DNA from: Paraspadella gotoi
Taxonomy: Eukaryota; Animalia; Chaetognatha
Assembly: GCA_051294375.1 (NCBI GenBank)
Contig: CM119270.1
Span: 3,157,436-3,221,403, forward strand
Reading direction: 5' to 3'
Length of the DNA: 63,968 nucleotides
The notes under the pieces were generated by a model. The model searched no databases. It was given only the letters and a program-made list of their open reading frames with translations, and was not told the origin of the DNA. A program made the position numbers and the translations under genes. Positions 1 to 12,924 of the stretch are shown in pieces. Positions within the stretch are counted from its first letter, which is position 1. Every line of letters begins with the position of its first letter.

Positions 1-754
1 GTCGCTTTCTTCCATCAGAGTATCTGAACTCTCGGAAGCGCGACTGAGATTCGAAGGAGGGTTGGAATCGATGGTCGGGAGACTACGAGTGGACGAGAGG
101 CGGGAGGACGAAGTCGAATAACATCCGGGTTCGTATTCGGTGGTGGTCTCCGTGTCGGTTGATAACGAAGTGTCTTGATCCAGTGAAGTCGGCTTGGTGG
201 TGGCGTCGTCGATCGCTGGCTTTTTCGTGTCGGTCTTTAATCGCTGCAAGTTGACAAAAGCATAATTCAAAGTAATTTTAAAATTTTACAGCAGCTTTAA
301 ACGAACCTGCTTCGCAGCGTCGGCCTGTTGCGACAGCTGCACGATCATCTGCGCCAGCTGCATCGGGCTGTCGGTGGAGGCGGAGAGGATGGCTGCGGAG
401 ATGGCGCTGATGTTTGGCGGCGCGTAAGACGCGTTGGCGGGACTCGATTCTTCAAAGGAGATGGAATTGTCGGCCGTTGAGGGCGCTTCGTCGTCCATCT
501 TTGTGGACGCTGGGAGATTGTAGGTCAGGTTGTCCGAATGGCCCGTCGAGGGTCCGACGAGGTGTTCGCTTACAACCCTTGATTCTCCAAGGCCGATGCC
601 ACTTCCGTCATAGTCGTCGTGATCGAGGTCGATTGCAGAGACGCCGTAGGTGGCGTTGCCCTTCGCCGCTAATCCAACGCGGATATCCGACTGAACGCTG
701 CCATCTAAGGTACTCTGTGGGAATGAGGAGAAAAGCCTGAATTTAAGTCAAACC

Positions 755-798
<44 letters not shown>

Positions 799-3571
799 CC
801 GTCTTTCTCGTTTTTTATCTCTCACCGATAGAGTGACTTCATCCTCCTCCTCCACTTGGCTCGTGTATAGCGGGCCAGGGCCGGCCCTGTGCAAGGGCGG
901 AGAAACGATGGGCGCGCCAAAGCCCATGGTCGGTCGGTTGCAAGGGTCGCCCTCCTCGCCGAGGCTACCCAGAGGTTCGGAGCGTTTCCTCGCCCAAGCG
1001 CCGAAAGACATTTCCGAGACGAAGGAGACGTCGTCGGCCTCCACAGGCGTCTTGGCGTTGACGGAGGAAGGACGCCGCTCCGTGGGAAGCATCGACATTC
1101 GCGGGGATCTGAAGGATCTGGTGTTTCGAGGCAAAGAAATGAAAGGATCGATGATGTCATCAACGGAATTAAACTCACAGACCGACCGACAGAGGGATCT
1201 CAACATCAATCGCTCAACATCCAACTTCAAAAAACAATCCTTCGTTTGATTACTAACTATAATTGAAAAATTAAAAATTGATAATTGTCAACGCTGTCTG
1301 TCATCACCTTTATAATTGTTCCGTCAATAATCAAATTTGTCTAATGCTTGGCTTCACTTCTTAATTACCCCCTTCATTTAGTGATTAAATATTAACCAGG
1401 TTATGTCATGTGATGTCATAATTGTCATATATCTTACTTGGGCCTTCCCTCTTCCTCCTTTTCCTTCCCGTTTCCTCCATCTCCGCCGAACAAACTATCG
1501 TCCGCCAATCGATCCGTATTTTTCTCGAAGACTTCGTCGGGACGAAATCTATTCTCTTTCTCGAATTCTCTCTGTTCCTCGTCGATGCGGCGTCGCGCTC
1601 CCTCGGCGTCCATGACCTCGGCTTCGTCGAAGAGCGATTCCGAGAGCTGCTGCGGCGACGCCGTAGCGTCGAAGGGGTTGACGGCGCCGCCGCCGCCGCC
1701 GACGGAAAGGGAAAGTTCGAAGACGCCGCCACCGTCGGGAGTAGGGAAGGAGATGTCGGTGAGTTCGAAACGGGATGGAAGAGATTTCGGAAGGCCCTGC
1801 GAAATTTTAGGATTTGGATATTGATTGGTTGATTGATGATTGGATTCACTGGTTGATTGATGATTAGATTCACTGGTTGATTGATGATTTTATTCCATGA
1901 TGAATTGATGATTCAACTTCGACGATTGATTTTATTGATTGATTGATCACTATCACCTCCACGTCCACATCCAAAACGGAGGCGTTCTGCGTGTCGGTGG
2001 TCGAGTCGAGAAGCGTCAAAGGCTTCAAGTATTTAAAGGAGAGCGAGGATTCCCGGAAGGGATCTTCTTCGCCGCGCGGAACGTCGAAAGTCTTGGTGTC
2101 CGGCGCCGCGACTCGAGACGACGCCGCCGACGAAAACGGCGTCGCGGAATCGTCGGCGCCGCTTTGTGGAAGAAAGAATCTGGCGCTGATGTCTTTCGCG
2201 GCGTCGATAGGGGAAGAGGAGGAAGAGGAGGAGGACGGGGTCTGCTGCTTCGAGGGAAAAAGATGAGCGAACATCTTTTGGCGAAAGTCGCTCAGTTGGA
2301 CTTCGGCGGAGGGTGGCTGAATTGAGAAAATATTAAGGTGACAACAACTTTAACGATTCCTGAATTGACCTCAATCCGGACCTACGACTTCGGGTCAGGT
2401 GATCATCGATTAGATTCGTTTCGACTCGCATTATATTATATTATATTTTATATTATTATTTTTACGAATGCCTTATCTAATTTTAGTATTGTCGTTTTTT
2501 CTTTCTTTGGAAAAAAAATAGTTTTGATCATTACATGTTATAAAAATTAGTGAAACGACTTCCAATTTTTTTTACAAATTCCTTATCTAGTCATTCGCTA
2601 AATTGAATACCGAGTCATTTTCCTAAAAATAAAAAAAAAGAATCGCGCCAGAAGAAATCAGTTTTTAAACGAACCTGATTTTTGATTTTTTCATCGTCGT
2701 CGTCGTCGTCTTCGTCGCTCAAATCGCTGAAATCATCGTCGAGATCGTCCAAATCACCGTCGTCGAGCTGAATGTCGTGTTGACTGGCTTCCATCGCGTC
2801 CTCGCCTGAAGAAAACAATAAAATAACTACAAATAGTGACATACTAATAAACACGAAGCAATAAACCCGTCCGCTCGTACCCATCAGCAACTGGCCATCG
2901 CCCAGAACATCCGCCTGAACGCGAAAGGCAGGATTCCGCTTGCTCGGGTCCTGATTGTTGGGACAAGCGTTTTCCTTGTCGGCCTCGTTGGGAGAGAAGA
3001 GCTTGGCGGGGGCGTTGGCGATCGACTTGAGAGGTGGCGGGGGAAGCGGCGCCTTGAATTGAGATTCCGGGGTGACGGAGGCGCGGACGCTGGCTTCGCT
3101 AAGATCGAGGAGTCCGGAGCGGTAGTCTCATAAATTGAGGAGTGGGGGGGGGGGGGAAATTTAACTTAGATTTTTCACAGAATCGTCTCCTCACGAACGT
3201 CATAGACTCGGAATAAAGCAGGGAAACAATTTTCCAATAAACGAACAACGACGCCGATCCTTTGAATTTCCCTCGTGTCGAGGCTCGACAAGTCAAAAGA
3301 CAACATAAAAAAACCCTCAAAAATCCCCAAGCAATTCACCGTAATTGCTGTTGAGCGAGAGAACGGAGACTTGATCCAGATCGAGTCGTCCGCTGAAGGA
3401 TTTTAGCAGCGAAGACTCGGCGTCGGTGGAAGAACGCCCTTCGGATCCGCCGCATCCGCCGCCACCGCCACAGCCGCCATCGCGAGACGACATCGGGATC
3501 TGCCGCGGCCGCCGCTGCGTGGAGGCGGCGACAGGAAGTGGCGGCGATCGGGCCAAAGAATCGTCGGCCAT
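1..3571 (-). CDS. CEP192: Centrosomal protein CEP192/SPD-2 orthologue, 5' part (multi-exon, continues beyond position 1)
   Basis: Spliced minus-strand frame from ATG at 3571 (MADDSLARSPPLPVAASTQRR, cf. CEP192 LPVAVSTLAR PLK1-docking motif). Also an acidic D/E tract (~2680-2800), SFGAWARKRSEPLGSLG..RPTMG..IVSPP (cf. SLGQFFAQRSEALGCLG..RPSFG..IRSP) and ISAISAAILSASTDSPMQLAQMIVQLS (cf. ISTIASAIAEASVNTDPSQLAAMIKALS). GT-AG introns join the exons in frame. Confidence 0.75.
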
Positions 3572-3773
3572 CTTTACGTCGAAAAAAAGTTTCTCTTTCT
3601 CTTTCTCAAATTCTAAGGCCTATCTGGTGATTCAGGCAACTTGACATTCTATAAAAAAAAGTAAATCGCGGACCAAAAAAAAGGTCGAGTGAAAACGAGT
3701 TATTAGGATTTTTTTGTAAAAAAAAAAAACACAAAAAAAAGTAGTGATTTGAAGAGCATGATCAAAAGTTTGT

Positions 3774-6700
3774 TCAATAAGTATATCCCAGCTTAGCATT
3801 CTCGGCGGGTTTGGCCGTGCTCAACCTGAGCCGGGACATGCCCAAATTTCTCGACGCTCCCAATTCCTTGGAAGAACCCAGTTCCTTGGACAAACCCAAT
3901 TCCTTGGCCACGTCTCTCTCAAACTCGGATCCCCCGGACGACATGTTGTCCACGTCCGAGGGTTCCCACGACGTCGTCGGCGTCTCCACGTTTCTCGACG
4001 GCGCCCGACCGGAAGACGGCGCCGGCGTTCGTTGCTGGCGCGGCGTCGGAGACGACGATGGTGAAGAAGAAAATTGACGAGGAGGAAGGGATTTTTTGAG
4101 AGAAAGATTGAGAGGTGGAAGCGGCGCCACCGCGGGAAGGACGGCGTCATTTTTCGGCGTCGATTTCGATCCGGAACTTTCGTTGGAGGATTGACGCTTC
4201 ATGACGGGGGAACGCGTCGACGGCTGCGGGACGGGAATGGAGAGCGGAGTAGTACGTGGCGCCGGGGAAACTTTGCCCGGCGCCGTCGATTTAGAAGAGA
4301 TGGAATCGGCGCTCATCTCCGAGTCGACGCTTTTGTCGCCGACCTTTTCGGCGTCGTCTAAAACGCTTCCTTTGTTATCGGCGGCGGGGCGGACTTTGTT
4401 ATCGGCCGTACCGCCGTTCTCGCTGTCAGCCGCATCGTCGTGAGACGAAAAATCCATGGAATAAGAGTCGCTGACGTCGTCGTCGCTCTTACGCGTCGAA
4501 GACTTTCGTCTCGTAGCGGCGTCCTTCTCGCCGACGTCAACCTTCTCCGGCGAAATCGACGTCGGTTGAACGGAGGTTCCCGCCGTGAGGCCGGAAATCG
4601 GCAATCTCACTCCCGGCGACTTTTTAACCGTGGGATACGAAGTCCCGTCGGCGGAAGAAGCCGACGACTCTTTGGAATCTTTCTTGCTGTTTTCCCTCGA
4701 CGGAACCTTGAGGCGATCGGGCAGAGCGGGCGTCTCGAGGGCCGAACGTTTGGAAGTGGCCGACGAGACCTTGGAAGATTTGGACCGTTTGGAATCTTCG
4801 GAAATGGTTTTGGATTTAGCGATGGAAGAGGAAGAAGACGACGAAGGGGAAGATTTTGTTGATCCTCGCTCATTTTTCTTTCTTTCCATTTCTTCTTTCT
4901 TCTCTCTCGTTTTTCTTTCTTCGATTTTGGATTTTTCCATCTTCTTTCCATCGTCTTCTCTCGACGATTCTTTATTCTCTCTTCCGTCTCTTCTCTCCTT
5001 CTTTCTCGAATTCTCTTCATCTTTCAAATTTTCTTTCGAATCTCGCGACTTGAAATCCGATGATTCCGTTTTCCCTTTATCGCCGAGTCTGGCCAACACG
5101 TTGTGCTTCTTTTTTCCGGCGGGCGACGCCGATCTCGAGGACGCGGCGTCGACCGGCGTCGATTGACGCAGATTGGGAACGATGCCCGTCCACGAATCCC
5201 GAGTCGGCGACGGGGACGACGCCGTTCGAACGGCGGCGATTGGCGCCGACACCGACGCCGAAGGTTGGGGCGGAGCCTTTTCGACGAACTCGGCCTCGTC
5301 TTCCTCGATCGACGCCCTCATCGAACGACGCCGGAGAAACGACATCGAGACTCGACGCCGATCTGGCGAAGGCGAGGAGGACGACGCCACCGAGACCGAG
5401 CGTCGCGTCGGCGCCGCCCACTCTTCGTCCGAAGTCCAACCGGGTCGGCTGGGAGGCCAAACCGCGGTGTCGCTTGGGGGACGATCTTGAAAACGGTGGG
5501 CGGATAAACGGAGAGAATCCTGAAATAAATCAATCAATCACTCAAGGAATCAATTAAAATCAAGCTATCCATGTCCCGACATCCATTCATTCCAATCAAC
5601 CAATAAATTCAACTTTTTTCAACTAAATAAATGCAATCTCACTTTCGACGAGCCTGTGTAGAGAAACGGAGACTGCTTCTCCGGCAACATCTGCTCGAAG
5701 GGCGGCTCGGGCGTCACCAGCGGCTGCGATGGCATCCGGCGCAGCCGTACGTGCATGACGCCGCGTTTCTCAACGATATCGTCGGCGTCGACGGCGCCCG
5801 GGTTGTGCTTAGCCATTCGCAGCTTGTGCGTATTTGTCGAGCCAGCGGAGCGACTCGGGGCGGCGACTTTACTGCGAAAGGACGGAGTAGAACGAATGTA
5901 GCTCTTCGCTTTGGGAAGAGGCCGACCGCGAGCGCCGTCTCTGGGATCGTCGAGTTTGCTGCATTGACGCTTGAAGGATTTGGCGGCGAAATCCGATGGT
6001 GCCGCATCTTTTTTCGAAGGAGGTTCTAAGCGGCCTGATTCCGGGGTGAGCGCGACGTCCACGGCGTCCCCGGCGCCGCCGATGTCCCCGGCGTCACCGG
6101 CGCCCCTTTCTACCGGCCGCGATTCGCTTCTTTCGCCGCCTTTTCTAGATTCCGTCTGCGTGGCGGCGTCGTTGATTTCCGCGGCGACGGCTCTCGATCT
6201 CGATTTGACTCGATTCTTCATCGGATTTTGCGGACTCGTCTCCGCGTCGATGAACCGCAGCAGCTCCCGCAGAAGGGACTGCAGCACCGGGAAATTCTTG
6301 GGCTTCCGCAGCGATTCTAAGACTAATTCGGCGGGAGGAAGAGAGAGCGCATCGCGTTTCTTCTCCACGACGGCGTCGCCGCCTTCGAGGCTGCGTCGAT
6401 CGATAACGCGCCTCTCGTCCGACACCACCCGGCGAGGAGACGAGTGGAAGGCGTCGTTCTGACTGTTGTAGTAAAGCACAGGAGGGTTGACTAGATGAAG
6501 CGGCTCGTCGAAATCGACTTCGGGTCGAACGGCGGCCATCGTTATCGGAGCGAACGGGTAGGAGACAGTCGGGAGTCGGCGATCCAATTCCGTTTGCACG
6601 CCACGACACGTCGCGCGATTCGTTGAATTTCCATGGGCGAAATCGCGGCGACGATCGGACGCCAATTTGGTCGGTCGTTCCGTCGACGGCGCAGTTTGGA

Positions 6701-7987
6701 CGCCGGCGTCGCGTCGATCTTCGATCTTTTGTTTTTCTTCGATCTTTACTTTTGTTGTTTTTTTAATCGAAGACGAAACTAAGTTTTCTCCTCGTCGATC
6801 TTGATCGGATCTCGAGAGAGGATTCTCTTTCTCCCGACGAGCAGAGGATTCTCTCGAAGACCCGCGCTTCGTCTCGGCCGAGTCAATTCCCTTTTCTCCG
6901 AAGACGTCTCCGTCTTTCTCTCTCTCGTTGTTGTTGTTGACGTGTTCCAGCAACAATCGACCGGCTTTTCCGTAGAAGACGATCTTAGCGTCGAGACGAA
7001 CGACGCCGACGACGCCGCCCATTGGATCCACCACCTGGCAGTCGGCTTCGACGCCGCGCGACGCCGCCAAAGCCTCGTCGCCGGCGCCGTCGATCTCCTT
7101 CTTCAGTTCTCCCACGACGTCGTCGAGTCTGAGGATTCCGGTGCCTAGAAGCGAGCGGCGTCGGGCGTCATCGGGCAACGCCTCCTTGACGACGACGACG
7201 AGCGGCGCCGAGGAGAGGGCGTCGACGAGCGATTCCAAGTGTGATTCAAAGAGGAGGGACTTTCCGCGGGAGAAGATGTAGCGGACGGAGGCGGAAGGAT
7301 CGTCGGGATTGAGGACGTCAAACTGGGGAGAAAGACTTTACTTTTCAATAAAATTAAACATTACTGCAAATCCGAAGCAATTGACGAGAAAATACTTACA
7401 CGTCGGCGAAAGAATGAGAGAGAGAGGGGGAAAGAGAGAGAGAGAAAGAGAGAGAAAGAGAGAGAGAACTGAAAAGAACTGAAATGAAAAGAAAAAGAAC
7501 GCGAAAGACTTATTTTTGGAATGTCTGCGTTTGGTGTACTTCAAAGTCAGTCACGAACCGGCTTCCCACGCAAACAACATAACCAAACCTCGCTAACCTT
7601 TAAGAATTTTACTTCTAAAATATCTCAAGCGACCAGAAATCACACGAACACGTCGGACAGAAAATATCCCCATAACCGCTCTCCATCATTCAATTTAACC
7701 TTAACCAATGTATCCCTGACGGCTTCGTCGACGTTATGCCGGAAGAGGTCGACATCGTGAGCGAAAGCGAGGACCTCGGCGTCGACTCCGCGCCGCAGCA
7801 GCCGCAGGAGGTCATCGTCGACGCAGCAGAGGCTGATGCGAGGGAAATCGAGGACCTTGAGATCGATTTGGGGAACGAAGGTGGCGAGACAGTTGGATGT
7901 TTTGGTGAAGGAGTGGACGAAGAGTTCGAGGGAGAAGAGGGATGAGGAGGAGGAGGAGTTGGGGTTGGTCGGTCCTCCGATGGACAT
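3774..7987 (-). CDS. MAP10: Microtubule-associated protein 10 (KIAA1383)-like, about 3 exons
   Basis: N-terminal LFSLELFV, KVLDFPRI and FSRGKSLLF match MAP10 LFSLELLV/RLLDFPTL/FGRGKSCLF; also NPPVLYYN, FPVLQSLLRELL and C-terminal LGYTY. Exons ~7700-7987, ~5645-7322 and 3774-5519 join in frame. Confidence 0.75.
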
Positions 7988-8177
7988 TGTTAAGTTAAGA
8001 CATACTTAAGTAATCGCCGGTTCATTTGCGAACGGAATACAATGACGTCTCTTTGAAATAAAGCTATCGAGGCACTTCGGTTCTATAACCATCTCTAGAA
8101 AATCGGGGAAACAAACGGATATAAAACTTTGCATCGTTGAAACGAGATAAAAATTATTTATTTATAAATATGTATAC

Positions 8178-8599
8178 TAGGGTGGAGTGATGAAAAGATT
8201 GAGCGATTGAACATTATTTTTTTTTGCAGCCATGGATATATAATTAACAAATTTTAAATGCTTTTAAAAATTATTTTAACATAACAGTTAAAGTTTCTAC
8301 TACAGAGAATAAAAAAGTTATGAATGTTTACCTTCCCCCCCCCCATTTTAAATGCTGAAGATGACAGAATTTTTGATAACATATTTTATATTTTTGATTC
8401 AATTTTTTATGAAAAATCTGAATTTAAAAAAATTATTATTTTATAAGAATATTACTACAAATATATTATATTTTACTATTCTGTTCCCGAAACAATATGA
8501 ACAAAATATTTTTTGTACTAATTAATCACACTATCTTACATCTAAATATCCTTGTTCGATCATTCAAATAATTTTTTTGTTCTGGAGTGCTCCACTCTA
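8178..8599. mobile_element. hAT-like MITE
   Basis: Termini TAGGGTGGAG...CTCCACTCTA (10-bp inverted repeat, 1 mismatch) flanked by the 8-bp direct repeat ATGTATAC (8170-8177 and 8600-8607); AT-rich non-coding interior. Confidence 0.75.
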
Positions 8600-9152
8600 A
8601 TGTATACGTAATATGACTCATATAGTATGTGGCACGTGAACGTAATATGGGGCTTATCACCTTGAACGAGATAACATTGAGAAAAAAAAATATTTTTTTT
8701 TAAACATTGCGCGAGTGTGAGAAAGTCAAGTATAGAAATTTCGTTGTGCTAAATAAAGTATTATTTTTTTCTAAATTTGAAACCAGTTAAACCGGTTAAG
8801 TAACTCAACATTATTAAACTTGAAACAGACGGGGATTTCGCTTTCAAAAAGATCAACGATTCTTATCACAAACGACTTGACCTTTATTCGCTATGAATAA
8901 CCCATAAATAAAATAATAGAAGAGTCAAATTTCAGATTTTTATTTGGCGGTAAACAGACAACGTTGGATTACAAAAACCATTCACCCGACAGATATATAA
9001 TAATCAATACTAATTATTATTGAAACCAGCTTAAATAAACAAAAACGACTTAGTTTGTTTGTTTGTTAAGGGTTGTCGTCGCATTCACATCTCGACAGTT
9101 AGTTACCCTCGCACCCGTTTCTCCCACGCTCCCCCTAAATCTAAATCTAAAT

Positions 9153-10160
9153 CTAAAAACTCTCCTCGCTGTCCCTGAGTCGTTCTCTCGCCAAAAGGCG
9201 GAACCGCTCGACGACTTGTTCGAGCGACTTCTCCCCGTGGACTTTGTTGTCGCGCGTGCGAATGTTGACGGTTCCGTTGTCGCGTTCCTTTTCGCCCACG
9301 ACGAGGATGAAGTTGTACTGAGCCAATTGGTTGTTGCGGATCTTCTTGTTCAAGGTCGTGCCTAAGTTTTTTTTGGAGGAAGGAATGGCAAATGAGTCTC
9401 GGGGAGAGAGGGAAAGAGAAAAAGAGGGAAAGAGAGAAAGAGAGAGAGAGAAATTGAGGAGGAGGAAGAGAGAGAGAGAGAGAGAGAGATTCACCATGAT
9501 CCAAATCCGCGTCGACGACAAATCCCGCTTCCCTCAATTTATCCTTGACACTGAGAGCGTACGAGTCGAAAGGCGGCGCCACGGGTACGATCGCCGCCTG
9601 GGAGGAAAAACAAAATGGCGTCAAAATATTAACTAAAAATATTTTATTCGTTCAAATACGTTAATCCTCCCCCCCCCCCGAGTTTTCACACCAACCAAAA
9701 TAAACTCAAATTCTTATTATTGATAATAAAACGCACTGTCGGGCGAGAGCCAAAACGGCCATTTCCCGCCGGTGTGCTCTGTCAAGATGCCCAACATCCT
9801 CTCGACGGAACCGAGGATGGCGCGATGCACGATGACGGGCCGCTTTCGGACGCCCTCGCCGGACTCCAACGTCTCGCCGCTTAATCAATAAATTAATACT
9901 TAAATAAATAGATATAAATTTTATTATAGATTCATGGAAACCCACGTGTTGTAGGTTAGATTGAATCTTTCGGGAAGTTGAAAGTCCAACTGGATGGTGG
10001 CGCATTGAATGGATCGACGGAGCGCGTCCTTGATGGTGATGTCGATCTTGGGTCCGTAAAAGGCGCCGTCGCCAGGGTTGAGTTCCACTTGCGCCGGGCA
10101 TTTCGTCGAGGCATTCCGATAGCTGAGGGGGGTGGATTGAATGATTGAATGAGAGTGAGT

Positions 10161-10231
<71 letters not shown>

Positions 10232-12924
10232 GAAACCTGCTTTTTCGGCGTTGTCCCACGTTTCCACTTCGCCAAGGAACTTCTCCGGTCGAGTCGAGAG
10301 CTTAAGTTCGAAGGTAAAACCGAAAATTCCGTAAACGAAACTCATGAAGTCGAGGCAACCTCTGATTTCCGCCTGATGAGAAATACATAAGTAAATAAGT
10401 GATAAATAATGTTAAATAAAGAAGTTTTGAGAATTAATCGTTTTTTTTTTTAAGCGATTAACCCCTCTTCCCCCCGCCCTGAAAAAAGACCTTGATGTCC
10501 TCTTGCCGACAGAATATGTGGGCGTCGTCCTGCTGGAACCGGCGCACCCTTGTCAGCCCCGTCAGCGCCCCGCTGATCTCGTTGCGATGGAGAACTCCGA
10601 AATCGGCCAAGCGGAGAGGGAGCTCCCGCCAGGAGCGCGGCCGGTGATCGAACATGAGACAGTGGCCGGGACAGTTCATGGGCTTCATGGCGAAGGTCTG
10701 CTTCTCGATCTCGGTCGCGAACATGTTCTCCGAGTAGTGCTGGAGAAGTTGGAGAGTGTCGTCGATTAAAATTAGTTTTTTTAAGATTCGCAAAGAGTGA
10801 AAATGTATACCATATCATCATCGGTTTGTAATTTTTAAACTCCACCTGCCAATGTCCGGATATTTCCCACAGTTTAGTGTTATAGATATTGGGGGAGATG
10901 ACTTCTTGAAACCCTCTCTTCCAGTATTGCTCTTTGATGAAATCCACAAGACGATTGAAGATTATGGTTCCTTTGGGTTGGAAGAAACAGCTGCCTGGAC
11001 TCAGATCGTGAAAGAAGAACAACTCTTGATCCTGAAAAGGACAAAATATCCTGTTTAAGTGCGACGGCAATATCTAATGAGATTAAAGGACGCCTCTTTT
11101 ACCCTTCCAATTTTCCGGTGGTCTCTCTTTGCAGCTTCCTCCTGAAATTGTTTCCATTCTTTCATGAGTTTCGTGTCCGGAAAGGAGATGGCGTAGATGC
11201 GTTGCAAAGACTCCATGTCCGCTTTGCCTTCCCAGTACGAAGAAGAGTTTTTCGTCACCTTTAAAATATTCGTTAAGGGTGTTTACGAAAAAAAAAAATA
11301 TTTGAGAAAATAACTGACCGACTGACCTGGAACGCCTTGACTTTCCCAGTGTTACGGATGTGTGGGCCGCGGCAGAGATCGATGAGCGGACCGCAGCGGT
11401 AAACCGTGGTCGAATCGGTCTGAACCTTCTCGTTGATGATTCGCTGCTTGAAAGGGTTGTGCTTGAAGAGATCGAGCAAGTCTTTCTTAGAGAGCACGCA
11501 ACGTTCGAAAGGCTGCTTCTCCTTCAAGATTCCCTTCACCGTGTCCTCGATGGCTTTGAAGTCGTTGCTCGAGACTTGTCTGATTTAGGAAAAGTTGGAG
11601 AAGGGGGAGTCATCAACTCTCACTACCATTGATGCAGTGATTCTCAATGGAGACGTTTCTTCACCTTTCGTCCATAAACATGTCGTAATAAAAGCCACCC
11701 TCTACCGGTGGGCCGGCGCAGAGGTGGCCCCCGTATAACCTGAAGAGAAGGAAAAGACGGAAAAGGGATTTAATGGCCGCAAAATCTATTATAAGAACTA
11801 AATTTAATGCATACTTTCGCCGCTTTCTCACCGTTCCATCGCTTGGCCAAGAATGTGGGCGGAGGAATGCCAGAATACGTGGTTCCCGTCTTCCGAGTCG
11901 AACTTAAGAAGTTCCAAGGTGCAAGAGTCTTCCAGCGGTCGGTCCAGGTCCCACAAAGTTGCGCCGTTCAGTTTCGCAACGACGACGTTGTCGGCGAGAC
12001 CCTGACTGAACGGCAATGGTTTCTTGCATTAATACGTTACCTTTTTAAGACAATTTCTCACTCGCGATAAACACAACGCCCTTACCTAATTCCCTGAGCG
12101 ATTTGGTAAGGCGTGGTGCGCCAGGATTCACCCTGGACGACCTTTCCGTCGGGCAGAGTGACGGTGATCGGCGAGGGAGATTTCTTGCTCAACTCTTCCC
12201 TCTGTCGGGACATGAACTTCTCCCACATGTCGACTCGGTAGGGAAGGAATTCGGGCGGCGGATCGAGCAGCTTCACCGTCTCTTCCGTCTCCGCCTTTTT
12301 GGGCTTCTTCGCCGTCTTGTCTGGTTTCGCGGCGGAGGAATGTTTTTGCTGAAAAGAATATGAAACGAAATAATTTTATAGAATATATATATATCTGCTT
12401 AGTTTAAAATTATTTTCATTGCGATTTTTCGTGGCTGAAGAGCAAATCCTTGTAAAGTTACCCCGCTCTCGCTCANNNNNNNNNNAATAATTTTATAGAA
12501 TATATATATCTGCTTAGTTTAAATTTATTTTCATTGCGATTTTTCGTGGCTGAAGAGAAAATCCTTGTAAAGTCACCCCGCTCTCGCTCACTCAACAACA
12601 GATCGAGACAAAAGCAGCCCTAATTGCCTCCACTGCATCCCGCCCCCTTTTCCTTACCTGCAGCCTCGCGAGGCCAAACTTTTCCACGTAGACATTAACA
12701 TCGACGTCTGCCGCCGGAAATTTTTGTCTCTCGGCACCGAAGGATCGGATGTGATCGACCCATCGCCGGACGTTGGGAAAGGCCGTCTCGTCGAGGGCGA
12801 GTTTCTCGAGCGACGACGCCAACAGTCGCTCCACCAGTTGAGCGTCGACGGTCGTCGGCCGGAAGTCGGCCACGTAACTCCGGTCGGCCAAATGTTCGTT
12901 CAAAGCCGACAAATCGGCGGACAT
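9153..12924 (-). CDS. TARS1: Cytosolic threonyl-tRNA synthetase with putative N-terminal eEF1B-type GST-like domain
   Basis: TGS region ([16 protein letters not shown]), [65 protein letters not shown] and anticodon-binding [24 protein letters not shown]. Short GT-AG introns; apparent 1-nt indels at ~9740 and ~10085-10245. Confidence 0.95.
12366..12590. other. Assembly gap (10 N) flanked by near-identical ~105-bp duplicates, probably unmerged haplotype overlap
   Basis: aataattttatagaatatatat...ccccgctctcgctca occurs on both sides of the Ns with a few substitutions. Confidence 0.8.

Noticed and set aside
12366-12590. Biological tandem duplication in the TARS intron
   Set aside because: The copies abut a 10-N gap, typical of unmerged haplotype overlap.
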